A stretch of 64,000 bases of DNA. Source: Mycobacteriales bacterium. Its GTDB lineage: Bacteria; Actinomycetota; Actinomycetes; JAFAQI01. Below are positions 32,999 to 41,813 of the stretch, piece by piece (position 1 is the first letter of the stretch; the number at the start of each line of letters is the position of its first letter). The stretch is from positions 133,805 through 197,804 of the forward strand of contig DASZXY010000011.1 in assembly GCA_035545635.1 (NCBI GenBank), written 5' to 3'. Both the position numbers and the translations under genes were made by a program. The notes under the pieces are model-generated. The model saw only the letters and a program-made list of their open reading frames with translations, was not told the DNA's origin and searched no databases.

Positions 32999-34165
32999 GT
33001 GTCAGATCTGAGGCAGCAGTTCGTCGTCGACGCCGACTCCCACTTCTCCGAGCCCGAGGACTTCTTCACCTCCCTCGCGCCTGCGAAGTACAAGGACCGC
33101 GTCCCGCACGTCGAGATGGTCGACGGTCAGCGGATGTGGGTCTTCGACGGCAACACGATGGGCCGCTACAGCGCCGGTGGCGTGATCGGTGTCGACGGCT
33201 CGAAGGAAGAAGCGCAGACCGCGCTGTTCGAGTGGGAGCACGAGAAGATCCACGTCGGCGCGTACGACCCGCAGGTGCGTCTCGGCGTACTCGACGAGTG
33301 CGGCATCGACCACCAGGTGATCTTCCCCAACACGATCGGGCTCGGCGGCCAGGACATCGGGCTCGGCACCGACGAGGTGCTGCGCCATCTGACGATCGAG
33401 ATCTACAACGATCGGATGGCGGAGATCCAGGCCAACTCGGGCAACCGACTGCTGCCGATGCCGGTGATGCCGGCGTGGGACGTCGCGGCGTGTGTGAAGG
33501 AAGCCGAGCGCGTTGCGGCACTCGGGATGCGTGGCGTGAACATGACCTCGGACCCGCAGGACCTCGGCGCGCCGGACCTCGCGAGCCAGGAGTGGGACCC
33601 GTTCTGGGAGGCCTGCGCCGGGCTGAAGCTCCCCGTGCACTTCCACATCGGGGCATCCGTGACCGGCATGAACTTCTACGGGCAGTACTTCTGGGGATCG
33701 CACCCGGACAACGTGAAGCTCGCGATCGGCGGCTCGCTGCTGTTCATCGGCAACTCGCGCGTTGTCGTCAACACGATCCTGTCCGGCATGTTCGATCGCC
33801 ACCCGGACCTGAAGCTGGTGTCGGTGGAGAGCGGCATCGGGTGGATCCCGTTCATCCTCGAGACGCTCGACTACGAGATGGCCGAGAACGCGCCGCGCGA
33901 GCTGGCGAAGATGAACAAGCCGCCGTCGGAGTACTTCAAGTCCAACATCTACGCGACGTTCTGGTTCGAGAACAACCGCAACAAGCTCCCCGACCTGATC
34001 GAGGCGGTCGGCGAGGACAACATCCTGTTCGAGACCGACTTCCCGCACCCGACGTGCATGTATCCGTCGCCGCTCAAGACAGTTGAGAAGAAGATGCTCA
34101 CCCTGCCCGAGTCGACCCGCAACAAGATCCTTGGGTTGAACGCCAAGGCGCTTTACCGGCTCTAG
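32999..34165 (+). CDS. Amidohydrolase-2 family metal-dependent hydrolase (ACMSD-like)
   Basis: VVDADSHFSEPEDFF near the N-terminus, VHFHIG, and FETDFPHP near the C-terminus. Start is GTG 32999 or TTG 32963; the latter overlaps the divergent gene. Confidence 0.8.
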   Translation: MSDLRQQFVVDADSHFSEPEDFFTSLAPAKYKDRVPHVEMVDGQRMWVFDGNTMGRYSAGGVIGVDGSKEEAQTALFEWEHEKIHVGAYDPQVRLGVLDECGIDHQVIFPNTIGLGGQDIGLGTDEVLRHLTIEIYNDRMAEIQANSGNRLLPMPVMPAWDVAACVKEAERVAALGMRGVNMTSDPQDLGAPDLASQEWDPFWEACAGLKLPVHFHIGASVTGMNFYGQYFWGSHPDNVKLAIGGSLLFIGNSRVVVNTILSGMFDRHPDLKLVSVESGIGWIPFILETLDYEMAENAPRELAKMNKPPSEYFKSNIYATFWFENNRNKLPDLIEAVGEDNILFETDFPHPTCMYPSPLKTVEKKMLTLPESTRNKILGLNAKALYRL

Positions 34166-35653
34166 ATGGACTCGATCAGCCATTGGTACGGCGGCCGATC
34201 GGTCGCCGGTACGTCGGGTCGGGTCGGGCCCGTCTTCGACCCGGCGCGCGGCGTGCAGACCAGCGAGGTCGCGCTTGCTTCGGCCGGCGAGGTCGACGAG
34301 GTCGTGAAGGTCGCGCGCGACGCGGCGCGCGAGTGGTCGGCGTCGCCGCTGTCTCGTCGTACGTCGATGCTGTTCCGGTTGCGCGAGCTGATCGACTCCC
34401 GGCGCGATGACCTGGCGCGGCTGGTGACGGCCGAGCACGGCAAGGTTGTTGTTGATGCACAGGGCGAGGTCGCGCGCGGGCTGGACTGTGTCGAGTTCGC
34501 GTGCGGCATCCCGCACCTGCTGAAAGGCGCACACAGCGCAGAGGTGTCGACCGGCATCGACGTCCACACCGTCCTCGCGCCGGTGGGTGTCGTCGCCGGG
34601 ATCACGCCGTTCAACTTCCCGGTGATGGTGCCGCTTTGGATGGCGGCGAACGCGGTTGCGTGCGGCAACGCGTTTGTGTTGAAGCCATCCGAGCGTGATC
34701 CGTCGCCGTCGATGCTGCTGGCCGAGCTCTTCACCGAAGCCGGGTTTCCCGATGGGGTCTTCAACGTCGTGCACGGTGACGCCGAGGCGGTCAATGCGCT
34801 GATCACTCATTCGGATGTCGATGCGGTGTCGTTCGTCGGGTCTACGCCGATCGCACAGCACGTCTACGAGGCCGGCACCAAGAGCGGCAAGCGCGTGCAG
34901 GCGCTGGGTGGCGCGAAGAACCACATGGTCGTGATGCCCGACGCCGACATCGATGACGCCGCGAACGCCGCAGTGTCGGCGGCGTACGGCTCCGCCGGCG
35001 AGCGCTGTATGGCGATCTCCGTCGTGGTCGCGGTCGGTCCCGTCGCCGACCCTCTCCTCGACTCGATCGAGCAGAAGATCGCCGACGTCGTCATCGGCCC
35101 GGGTGACCGCCCGGACTCGATGATGGGTCCGGTCATCACGTCCGCCCATCGCGATCGCGTCCGCTCCTATATAGAAGGTGCGGCTGGTGAAGGCGCGCGG
35201 GTCGTTGTCGACGGCAGTGCCGCCCCGGTCGAGGGTGACGGCTTCTTCCTCGGCTGCACGCTGCTCGACGGGGTGGAGCCGGGCATGAAGGTGTACGACG
35301 ACGAGATCTTCGGACCGGTCTTGTCCGTTGTGCGGGTGCCGACCCTCGACGCGGCGATCGCTTTGGTGAATGCCAACCAGTACGGCAACGGTGTCGCGCT
35401 GTTCACCCGTGACGGTGGTGCGGCGCGCTACTTCGAGCGCGAGATCGAGGTCGGGATGGTCGGTATCAACGTGCCGATCCCGGTGCCGGTCGCGTGGCAC
35501 TCGTTCGGTGGCTGGAAGGCATCGATCTTCGGCGACACCGCGATCTATGGCCCGGAGGGCATTCGCTTCTACACGCGCCAGAAGGTCGTCAGCACCCGCT
35601 GGCCAGACCCCGAGCCAACCGCGTTGGACCTGGGCTTCCCCACCAACCGCTAG
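34166..35653 (+). CDS. mmsA: CoA-acylating methylmalonate-semialdehyde dehydrogenase
   Basis: 495 aa. ISHWYGG... N-terminus, FNFPVMVPLWM, GGAKNH, ERCMA catalytic Cys, GINVPIPVP, WKASIFGD, and a C-terminal ...LGFPTNR. The ATG immediately follows the upstream stop. Confidence 0.9.
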   Translation: MDSISHWYGGRSVAGTSGRVGPVFDPARGVQTSEVALASAGEVDEVVKVARDAAREWSASPLSRRTSMLFRLRELIDSRRDDLARLVTAEHGKVVVDAQGEVARGLDCVEFACGIPHLLKGAHSAEVSTGIDVHTVLAPVGVVAGITPFNFPVMVPLWMAANAVACGNAFVLKPSERDPSPSMLLAELFTEAGFPDGVFNVVHGDAEAVNALITHSDVDAVSFVGSTPIAQHVYEAGTKSGKRVQALGGAKNHMVVMPDADIDDAANAAVSAAYGSAGERCMAISVVVAVGPVADPLLDSIEQKIADVVIGPGDRPDSMMGPVITSAHRDRVRSYIEGAAGEGARVVVDGSAAPVEGDGFFLGCTLLDGVEPGMKVYDDEIFGPVLSVVRVPTLDAAIALVNANQYGNGVALFTRDGGAARYFEREIEVGMVGINVPIPVPVAWHSFGGWKASIFGDTAIYGPEGIRFYTRQKVVSTRWPDPEPTALDLGFPTNR

Positions 35654-36018
35654 CGCGGCGGCCCGCCTCTTGTGCCGCGCGCCTTGTCCATCGTGAAGAT
35701 CATCAGCCACACCAGGCTGGCGCCGGCGATCGCCGACTCCAGGCTGGTCGTCACGCGGTAGTTCGAGACCGCCACGCCGCTCGCGATGGTGGCAACGGCG
35801 AACGCATGGATCGGCTCGGCGCGGCGTGAAGGGCCGGCACGGCCACCAGTCGACCAGGCATGATTCGCATCGGGCCAACAACTCGAGGCACGCCTTACCC
35901 CGCAATGAAATCGCGTGGCCTGGGACATCCGCGGCCGGACGAGCATCTGTGGTGGCCTCGCCGAGTTGCAGTCGTGCCGTCATGGGGAGAGCCTTCCGAT
36001 GAGGGATCGGAGTGCCCG

Positions 36019-37413
36019 ATGAATCTGAGCCGCCTGACGAGCGTCGACGCTGTGATGAAGGCGATCCGGCTGTACGACGACCTGGGCAGGGACGAGTTCT
36101 TGTCGCGGTTCCACTTCGGCGAAGCCCGAACCTACGTCCTGGTCCACGACGGGCGTTCGTATGACTCGAAGGCGATCGCCGGAGTCGCCTATGGCATCCA
36201 GTTCCCGGAGCACGGCACGCCCACCTCGGATGACTTCAGCGGTGGCGTCGCCTCACCCGGAGCGGCGACGGTGCTGCGTCGACTCGGATTCGTCGTGAAG
36301 GACACCCGCGGCTCGACGAAGCGCGCTAGGTCGGATCGCCCGGCTACGGCGTCGGTACGTCGCGCCGAGCCGGCTCCGCGGTTGAGCGCGGCGACCGCCG
36401 ACGTCTATCTGGTCGGGTGTGTGAAGGACAAGCGCTCATCGGCGGCACCGGCTCGCGACTTGTATACGAGCGACCTGTTCCGAAAGCGTCGCGCCTACGC
36501 CGAGGCGGCCGGCAAGCCGTGGTTCATCCTCAGCGCGCTGCACGGGTTGACCGCGCCCGACGACGTGCTCGAGCCCTACGACCTGGCGTTGAAGGACCAA
36601 TCGACGTCGTACCGATCGCAGTGGGGGTCGAAGGTGGTTGTCGACTTGCGCGCTCGAATAGATCTAGCGGCGGGTTCGGTCGTCGAGGTCCACGCGGGCG
36701 CGTCGTACGTCGAGGCGATCGAGACGCCGTTGCGGTCGTCTGGTCTCGTTGTGTCGTGGCCACTTCGCGGGCTCACGTTGGGCCAGCAGCTGTCCTGGTA
36801 CCTGAACGCTCCCGCGGTGATTCGCGAGGGTGTGGTCTCCGCGCCGACGCTCGCCGATGCGACGGCGTGGCTGGCAGATCCAGCCCATGCACAAGACCCG
36901 TCGGGATTCCCATGGGGTCGCGTCGACCTCGACACGTCTGGGTTGTATTCGTGGTGGGTCGACGAGATCGGGGCTCGCATGTTGAGTCGCGGGCTCGGGC
37001 ATCAGGTCAGCCCGGGTCTCGTCTACGCGGGACAAGCCGGCGCAACAAGTGCGGGCCGGACGGAGGCGGAGAGCACGCTGCGATCCCGGATCGCCGGCCA
37101 GCATCTGCGCGGGGGGATTCACGCCTCGACGTGGCGGAAGTCGCTGTGTGCCGTCCTTCGCGACGAGCTCGGGTTGGACTTTGAGGCGCATCGGCTGACG
37201 AATGATGCGCAGACCTCCCTCAATGAGTGGATGCGTGAGCACCTGCGCCTTGCCGTCTACCCGATTGCGGACCGGGCTGTGGTCAATGCGGCAGAGGCGG
37301 CCGTCCTGCGATCACTCGATCCGCCGCTCAACCTGGAGCTCATGGACGAATCGCCGGTGCGAGCTGCGCTTCGCCGCCTCCGAAAGGAGTTGCCGCGCCG
37401 GCCGCTTCGCTAG
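36019..37413 (+). CDS. Tri-domain protein: McrA-head-like N-domain + DUF6884-like middle + GIY-YIG-like C-domain
   Basis: ATG 36019 is preceded by cggag 7 nt upstream. N-domain: AIRLYDDLGRDEFLSRFHFGEARTYVLVHDGRSYDSKAIAGVAYG...DFSGG...LRRLGFVV. Middle: LVGCVKDKR..PARDLYTSDLFRKRRAYAE..GKPWFILSALHGLTAPDDVLEPYD. C-domain: GLYSWWV, LVYAGQAG, TLRSRI, EAAVLRSLDPPLN. Confidence 0.7.
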   Translation: MNLSRLTSVDAVMKAIRLYDDLGRDEFLSRFHFGEARTYVLVHDGRSYDSKAIAGVAYGIQFPEHGTPTSDDFSGGVASPGAATVLRRLGFVVKDTRGSTKRARSDRPATASVRRAEPAPRLSAATADVYLVGCVKDKRSSAAPARDLYTSDLFRKRRAYAEAAGKPWFILSALHGLTAPDDVLEPYDLALKDQSTSYRSQWGSKVVVDLRARIDLAAGSVVEVHAGASYVEAIETPLRSSGLVVSWPLRGLTLGQQLSWYLNAPAVIREGVVSAPTLADATAWLADPAHAQDPSGFPWGRVDLDTSGLYSWWVDEIGARMLSRGLGHQVSPGLVYAGQAGATSAGRTEAESTLRSRIAGQHLRGGIHASTWRKSLCAVLRDELGLDFEAHRLTNDAQTSLNEWMREHLRLAVYPIADRAVVNAAEAAVLRSLDPPLNLELMDESPVRAALRRLRKELPRRPLR

Positions 37414-37505
37414 CTCGACGTCGTACTAAGGTCCTCGATCGGACATTGCTGGTACCCGGACGCTCTTCGCCGGTACGGTTCGGGAAAGCCGTGCGGGAGG
37501 GGACC

Positions 37506-37796
37506 ATGAAGGACGACGCGGTCACGTTCGACAACGACGAGCTGCGCAAGCAGGCGGTCTACAAGCTGCGCCGGCAGCGGGGCTTCCGCACCCACGCGCT
37601 GGTCTACCTGTTGACGAACGCCTTCATCTCGCTGATCTGGTTCTTCGCCGACCGCCACGGCTTCTACTGGCCGCTGTGGATCGAGGCATTCTGGGGCATC
37701 TTCCTGGTCGTCAACGGCGTGAACTCCTACCGCCCGCAGACCTTCTCCGAAGACCAGATCAAGCGGCAGATGGATCGGATGAAGCCCGCGAGCTAG
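37506..37796 (+). CDS. 2TM-domain small membrane protein
   Basis: MKDDAVTFDNDELRKQAVYKLRRQRGFRTHALVYLLTNAFISLIWFF...WPLWIEAFWGIFLVVNG matches the 2TM-domain pattern. Internal ATG chosen as start. Confidence 0.65.
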   Translation: MKDDAVTFDNDELRKQAVYKLRRQRGFRTHALVYLLTNAFISLIWFFADRHGFYWPLWIEAFWGIFLVVNGVNSYRPQTFSEDQIKRQMDRMKPAS

Positions 37797-37819
37797 CTTC
37801 GCGCGGCGGGCAAGCGCCC

Positions 37820-37944
37820 TCCTGATCGCATGTGACATAGGGGTCGTGAATCGCGACACGTATGTCACATGCGGGCTGCATATTGCGACATCAATGTGAC
37901 ATGCGGGTGCAGTGGCACGACACGTATGTCACATGCGATCAGGA
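37820..37944. promoter_or_regulatory. Four 9-bp palindromes ATGT(G/C)ACAT at an exact 32-bp period, bracketed by perfect 20-bp inverted repeats
   Basis: Cores are at 37830, 37862, 37894 and 37926. Inverted repeats are tcctgatcgcatgtgacata (37820-37839) and tatgtcacatgcgatcagga (37925-37944). A 20-bp direct repeat cgacacgtatgtcacatgcg occurs at 37854 and 37918. The last core contains the probable ATG of the next gene. Confidence 0.6.
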
Positions 37945-39704
37945 CAGCGGCACCGGGGCGGGTGGTTCGAGTGGTGGGAGCAGTAGCGCTGCTCATATGG
38001 CGGGCATACCCGCCCCCAAAGATCGCCACCCCGCGCAAGAATGCCCGGGTGACCCTCGCCTCCCGCGCCCTTGGCAGCCTGCTCCACCTTCCCGAGCCGG
38101 ATACCCACAAGGTCAAGGTCGACCGAGCCGTCGAGATCCCGATGCCCGACGGCGCAAAGCTGCTCGCCGACCGCTGGTACCCGGCGGACAAGCCCACCGG
38201 GCTCCCGCTGCTCGTCACCCGCACGCCGTACGGGCGCCAGCTCGAAGGCATCATGGCCCGGCTGATCGCCGAGCGCGGCTACCAGGTGCTGCTCGTCTCC
38301 TGCCGCGGAACCTTCGGCTCGGGTGGGGAATGGGTTCCGTTCCGCAACGAGCGCGCCGACGGCAACGCCGTTCTCGCATGGGCCGAGGAGCAGCCGTGGT
38401 TCGGCGGGGTGATGGGCCTGTACGGCGCGAGCTATGTCGGGCTCACCCAGTGGTCGGTGGCGGGCAGCCTCCCCGACTCGGTGAAGGCGATCTGCCCGAT
38501 GGTCACCTCGGCGTACTTCGCTGACCTCTTCTATCCCGGCGGCTCGCTGACGCTGCTCAACATGCTCACCTGGATCTACGGTCTCGAGCACCAGGAGAAG
38601 GGGCTAGCGACGCGGTTGATGGCGCCGGCCCGCGGTCGCAAGGTCATCGAGAAGGTTGCTCTCAACCTTCCCCTCGCTGACCTCGACACCGCCGTCACCG
38701 GCAGCCGGATGAACGCCTACCAGGACTGGCTCGAGCACCCGGGTGGTGAGGACCCGTGGTGGAGCGAGGTCGACTTCCGCAACAACGTGAAGAAGGCGCC
38801 GCCGGCCAGTCTTACCGCGGGCTGGTACGACATCTTCGCGCCGTTCCAGGTCAACGATTACGTCGCACTGCGCCAGGCCGGTCGCGACGCGCGGATCGCG
38901 ATCGGACCCTGGGACCACACCACCCCGAAGGCCACCGGGCACAGCATCCGTGACGTCCTCGACTGGATGAACCGCAAGGTTGCCGGGCACCCAACCGCGG
39001 ACGTGCCGGACCGCGTGCGCCTCTACGTGATGGGCGCCGAGCAGTGGGTCGGCTTCGAGGAGTGGCCGCCGCCCGCGACGGAACAGGCCTGGTATCTCCA
39101 GCCAGGAGGCGGGCTTAGCAAGGACAGGCCCGCTGAGTCCGAGCCCAGCAAGTACCGCTACGACCCCGCGGACCCGACGCCGAGTGTCGGCGGGGCATCC
39201 CTCATGGCCGGTACCGCGGGGCGCAAGGACAACACGAAGCTCGAAGCCCGCGCCGACGTAGTCACCTTCACCAGCGCTGCGATCCGCGACGACATCACGG
39301 TCGCCGGACCGTTGCATGCCGACCTCGTCGTCCGATCCTCCCTCGACCACACCGACTTCTTCGTCCGGCTCTGCGAGGTGGACCCGAAGGGCCGCTCGTG
39401 GAACCTCGCCGACGGCATCCTGCGCGTCGGACCGAAGGTTCGGCGGCTCAAGGACGGCTCGATGAAGCTGCGGATCGAGATGTGGCCGACCGCCAACACC
39501 TTCCGTCAGGGCTACCGGATCCGGCTGCAGGTCTCCAGCGGCGCGCACCCGCTGTATGCGCGCAACCTCGGCAGCGGCGAGCCGATCGGCAAGGGTACGA
39601 CGCTGGTCGTCGCCGACCAGGAGGTGTTGCACGACCCGAAGCACCTGTCGTCGATCACGCTCCCGGTACTCGCCGAACCCGTCCGTCGCGAGGGCGATCT
39701 CTAG
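37926..39704 (+). CDS. CocE/NonD family (S15 X-Pro dipeptidyl-peptidase-like) hydrolase
   Basis: VEIPMPDGAKLLADRWYP, LLVTRTPYGR, GLYGASYVG (nucleophile elbow), and a C-terminal jelly-roll region WPTANTFRQGYRIRLQVSSG. Start at ATG 37926, in frame with track ORF 37869. Confidence 0.85.
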   Translation: MSHAIRTAAPGRVVRVVGAVALLIWRAYPPPKIATPRKNARVTLASRALGSLLHLPEPDTHKVKVDRAVEIPMPDGAKLLADRWYPADKPTGLPLLVTRTPYGRQLEGIMARLIAERGYQVLLVSCRGTFGSGGEWVPFRNERADGNAVLAWAEEQPWFGGVMGLYGASYVGLTQWSVAGSLPDSVKAICPMVTSAYFADLFYPGGSLTLLNMLTWIYGLEHQEKGLATRLMAPARGRKVIEKVALNLPLADLDTAVTGSRMNAYQDWLEHPGGEDPWWSEVDFRNNVKKAPPASLTAGWYDIFAPFQVNDYVALRQAGRDARIAIGPWDHTTPKATGHSIRDVLDWMNRKVAGHPTADVPDRVRLYVMGAEQWVGFEEWPPPATEQAWYLQPGGGLSKDRPAESEPSKYRYDPADPTPSVGGASLMAGTAGRKDNTKLEARADVVTFTSAAIRDDITVAGPLHADLVVRSSLDHTDFFVRLCEVDPKGRSWNLADGILRVGPKVRRLKDGSMKLRIEMWPTANTFRQGYRIRLQVSSGAHPLYARNLGSGEPIGKGTTLVVADQEVLHDPKHLSSITLPVLAEPVRREGDL

Positions 39705-39705
39705 C

Positions 39706-41049
39706 GTGCAGATCCCGCCGGTCAACTACCTGCCGACCGCGGACGGCCACATCGGTTGGCAGTCGTGGGGTGAGGGCGAGCCGGTCATCCTCGACACGGT
39801 GCCGAGCTTCATGGCCGGGATCGAGGACGTCCCCGACCAGCCGCGGTTCCTGCGCTGGGTGACGGGCCTGGCCGGCATCGGGCGGTTGCTGCGTTACGAC
39901 CCACCGGGAGTCGGTACGTCGGACGCCGGGTCAGTGCCCCCGACCTTCGCCGACTGGGCCGACGCAGGGGTGAAGGTGCTCGATGCCGCCGGTGTCGAGA
40001 AGGCCGCGGTGATCGGATCGGGCGGCACGGCCTTCGCGGCGTTCCGGATGTGGGAGCGGCACCCGGACCGCGTGTCCGCACTTCTGCTGGTCAACGGCGC
40101 TGCGCGGATCGCGAAGGGAGAGGACTATCCGGACGGCGTGGACCTGTCCGTCGGCGACGTCTTGGTGAGCAACGCGACCTCACCCGAGACCGCCGCCAAC
40201 GACGACCTGGACCTGATGCTGATGGCGCCGACCGCAGCGACGGACCCGGACTTCCGTTCCTGGTGGGGACGGGTCGCGCGACGCAACGCGCGGCCGCGGA
40301 TCGCCGGGCCGATCAACGCCGAGATCTGGGCGCTGGATCTGCGCTACCTGCTGCCCACGATCACCGTGCCGACTCTCGTCGTGGTGCGCAGCAACATCGC
40401 GAGCGGGCCGGCGATCGGCAAGGCGGTCGCGGACGCCGTACCCGGTGCTCGCTATGTCGAGGTCCCCGGCCAGGACCTCGTCCCCTTCATCGGTGACTTC
40501 GATCCGATCCTCGCCGAGATCCGCGCGCTCCTCACCGGCGAGCGTCACGCGAACAACGCCGATCGCGTCTTCGCCGCTGTCATGTTCACCGACCTTGTGG
40601 GCTCCACGGAGGAAGTCGTACGTCGCGGCGACGGTCCGTGGCGCGCGTTGCTCGCCGATCACGTCGCGATGGTGAAACACGAGGTCGAGCGGTTCGGCGG
40701 TCGGCTCGTGAAAGACCTCGGCGACGGGACGCTGTGCACGTTCCCCGTGCCAGGCGTTGCGCTTCGCTGCGCGTTGTCCCTCGTGGAGCGTTCCGAGGGG
40801 CAGCTCGGCGTACCGATGCGCGCCGGTGTCCACGGCGGCGAGATCGAGCTGCAGGGCGAGGACGTCGCCGGCATCAACGTGCACATCGCCGCACGGGTGT
40901 CGGCGTTGGCGAATGCCGGTGAGGTGCTGGTGTCCACCACCCTCGTCGACCTGGTGGCGGGATCGCCGTTCGCGTTCGAGGACCGCGGGATGCACGAGCT
41001 GAAAGGTGTCCCCGGCTCGCGCCAGGTGTGGGCTGCCAAGGAGGCCTGA
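39706..41049 (+). CDS. Alpha/beta-hydrolase-fold domain fused to a class III adenylate/guanylate cyclase domain (LipJ/Rv1900c-like architecture)
   Basis: GTG 39706 lies 1 nt after the CocE stop. The C-terminal cyclase has FAAVMFTDLVGST, VKDLGDGTLCTF, GVHGGEIE, GINVHIAARV. Confidence 0.85.
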   Translation: MQIPPVNYLPTADGHIGWQSWGEGEPVILDTVPSFMAGIEDVPDQPRFLRWVTGLAGIGRLLRYDPPGVGTSDAGSVPPTFADWADAGVKVLDAAGVEKAAVIGSGGTAFAAFRMWERHPDRVSALLLVNGAARIAKGEDYPDGVDLSVGDVLVSNATSPETAANDDLDLMLMAPTAATDPDFRSWWGRVARRNARPRIAGPINAEIWALDLRYLLPTITVPTLVVVRSNIASGPAIGKAVADAVPGARYVEVPGQDLVPFIGDFDPILAEIRALLTGERHANNADRVFAAVMFTDLVGSTEEVVRRGDGPWRALLADHVAMVKHEVERFGGRLVKDLGDGTLCTFPVPGVALRCALSLVERSEGQLGVPMRAGVHGGEIELQGEDVAGINVHIAARVSALANAGEVLVSTTLVDLVAGSPFAFEDRGMHELKGVPGSRQVWAAKEA

Positions 41050-41066
41050 CCCCCCACAAAGCCGGC

Positions 41067-41125
41067 GTGATCATGGCGAAGTGGTCAGAAACGCCGGGCG
41101 TGTCTGACCAAAACGCCATGATCAC
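41067..41125. repeat. 59-bp near-perfect palindrome (possible terminator or REP-like element)
   Basis: gtgatcatggcg...cgccatgatcac outer 12-bp perfect arms, plus inner arms tggtcagaaacgcc/ggcgtgtctgacca (one mismatch). Both strands translate to near-identical peptides in the ORF track. Confidence 0.6.
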
Positions 41126-41813
41126 GGGGTCTTGGGAGCGGAATAGGCTCCGCGGCGTGAACGCGACGACCCGTGGTCAGGTGCAGGCCGAGCTCGACGA
41201 GCTGATCGGCGTGCTGCGCGAGATCCCGGACGTTGACTGGGACAAGCCCAGCGCGTGCGACGGCTTCCGGGTCCGCGACGTCGCGGCGCATCTGTCCCTC
41301 GTCGCGGTGCCGCTCAACGGGCGGATCCTCAACGGGTTCGCCGGATCGTTCTCGCGCTTCATGCGCCTGGCCGGGGAGTACTCGAGGGAGGTCGCCGACG
41401 AGAGCACGCCGGCGGAGCTGATCGAGAAGCTCGAGCAGCGCCGAGCCGCCCCGACCAAGGGCTTCATCGGAAAGATCGAGCCGCCGCAGAACATGCTGAC
41501 CGACCACGCAACGCACCTGCAGGACGTGCGGGTCGGCCTCGATCGGCGTGCCGAGCCGGACAAGGATCGCGCCCGGGTCGTCCTCGAGGCAGCGGTGAAG
41601 CTGTGGCGGCCGATCACGTGGGGCACGAAGCAGCGCGCCAAAGGGCTGAGGCTCACCGCGACCGACATCGGCTGGTCACACGGTGACGGACCGGAGGTCA
41701 GCGGTCCGTACGACGCGATGCTGCTCGCGCTGGGCGGTCGCTCCGCCGGTCTGGCCTCCCTGACAGGCGACGGCCTCGCGACGCTGACGAGCCGGATGCC
41801 TACTTCCGCTTAG
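41118..41813 (+). CDS. Mycothiol-dependent maleylpyruvate-isomerase-family / DinB-like protein (start 41118 or GTG 41157)
   Basis: AELDELIGVLREIPDVDWDKPSACDGFRVRDVAAHL is the typical N-terminal helix pair of the TIGR03083-type family. Confidence 0.65.
   Translation: MITGSWERNRLRGVNATTRGQVQAELDELIGVLREIPDVDWDKPSACDGFRVRDVAAHLSLVAVPLNGRILNGFAGSFSRFMRLAGEYSREVADESTPAELIEKLEQRRAAPTKGFIGKIEPPQNMLTDHATHLQDVRVGLDRRAEPDKDRARVVLEAAVKLWRPITWGTKQRAKGLRLTATDIGWSHGDGPEVSGPYDAMLLALGGRSAGLASLTGDGLATLTSRMPTSA

Noticed and set aside
33002-35983. 993-aa minus-strand ORF
   Set aside because: It is antisense to the amidohydrolase and mmsA genes, both of which have clear family motifs. Its composition is low-complexity and rich in Arg, Asp, His and Val.
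37820-37944. CRISPR-like array interpretation of the 32-bp periodic repeats
   Set aside because: There are only four units. The conserved core is a 9-14-bp palindrome rather than a 24-40-bp repeat, the would-be spacers are themselves related to each other, and there are no cas genes.
37929-39725. Minus-strand ORFs 37929..38591 and 38604..39725
   Set aside because: They are antisense to the CocE/NonD hydrolase gene, which has clear family motifs.
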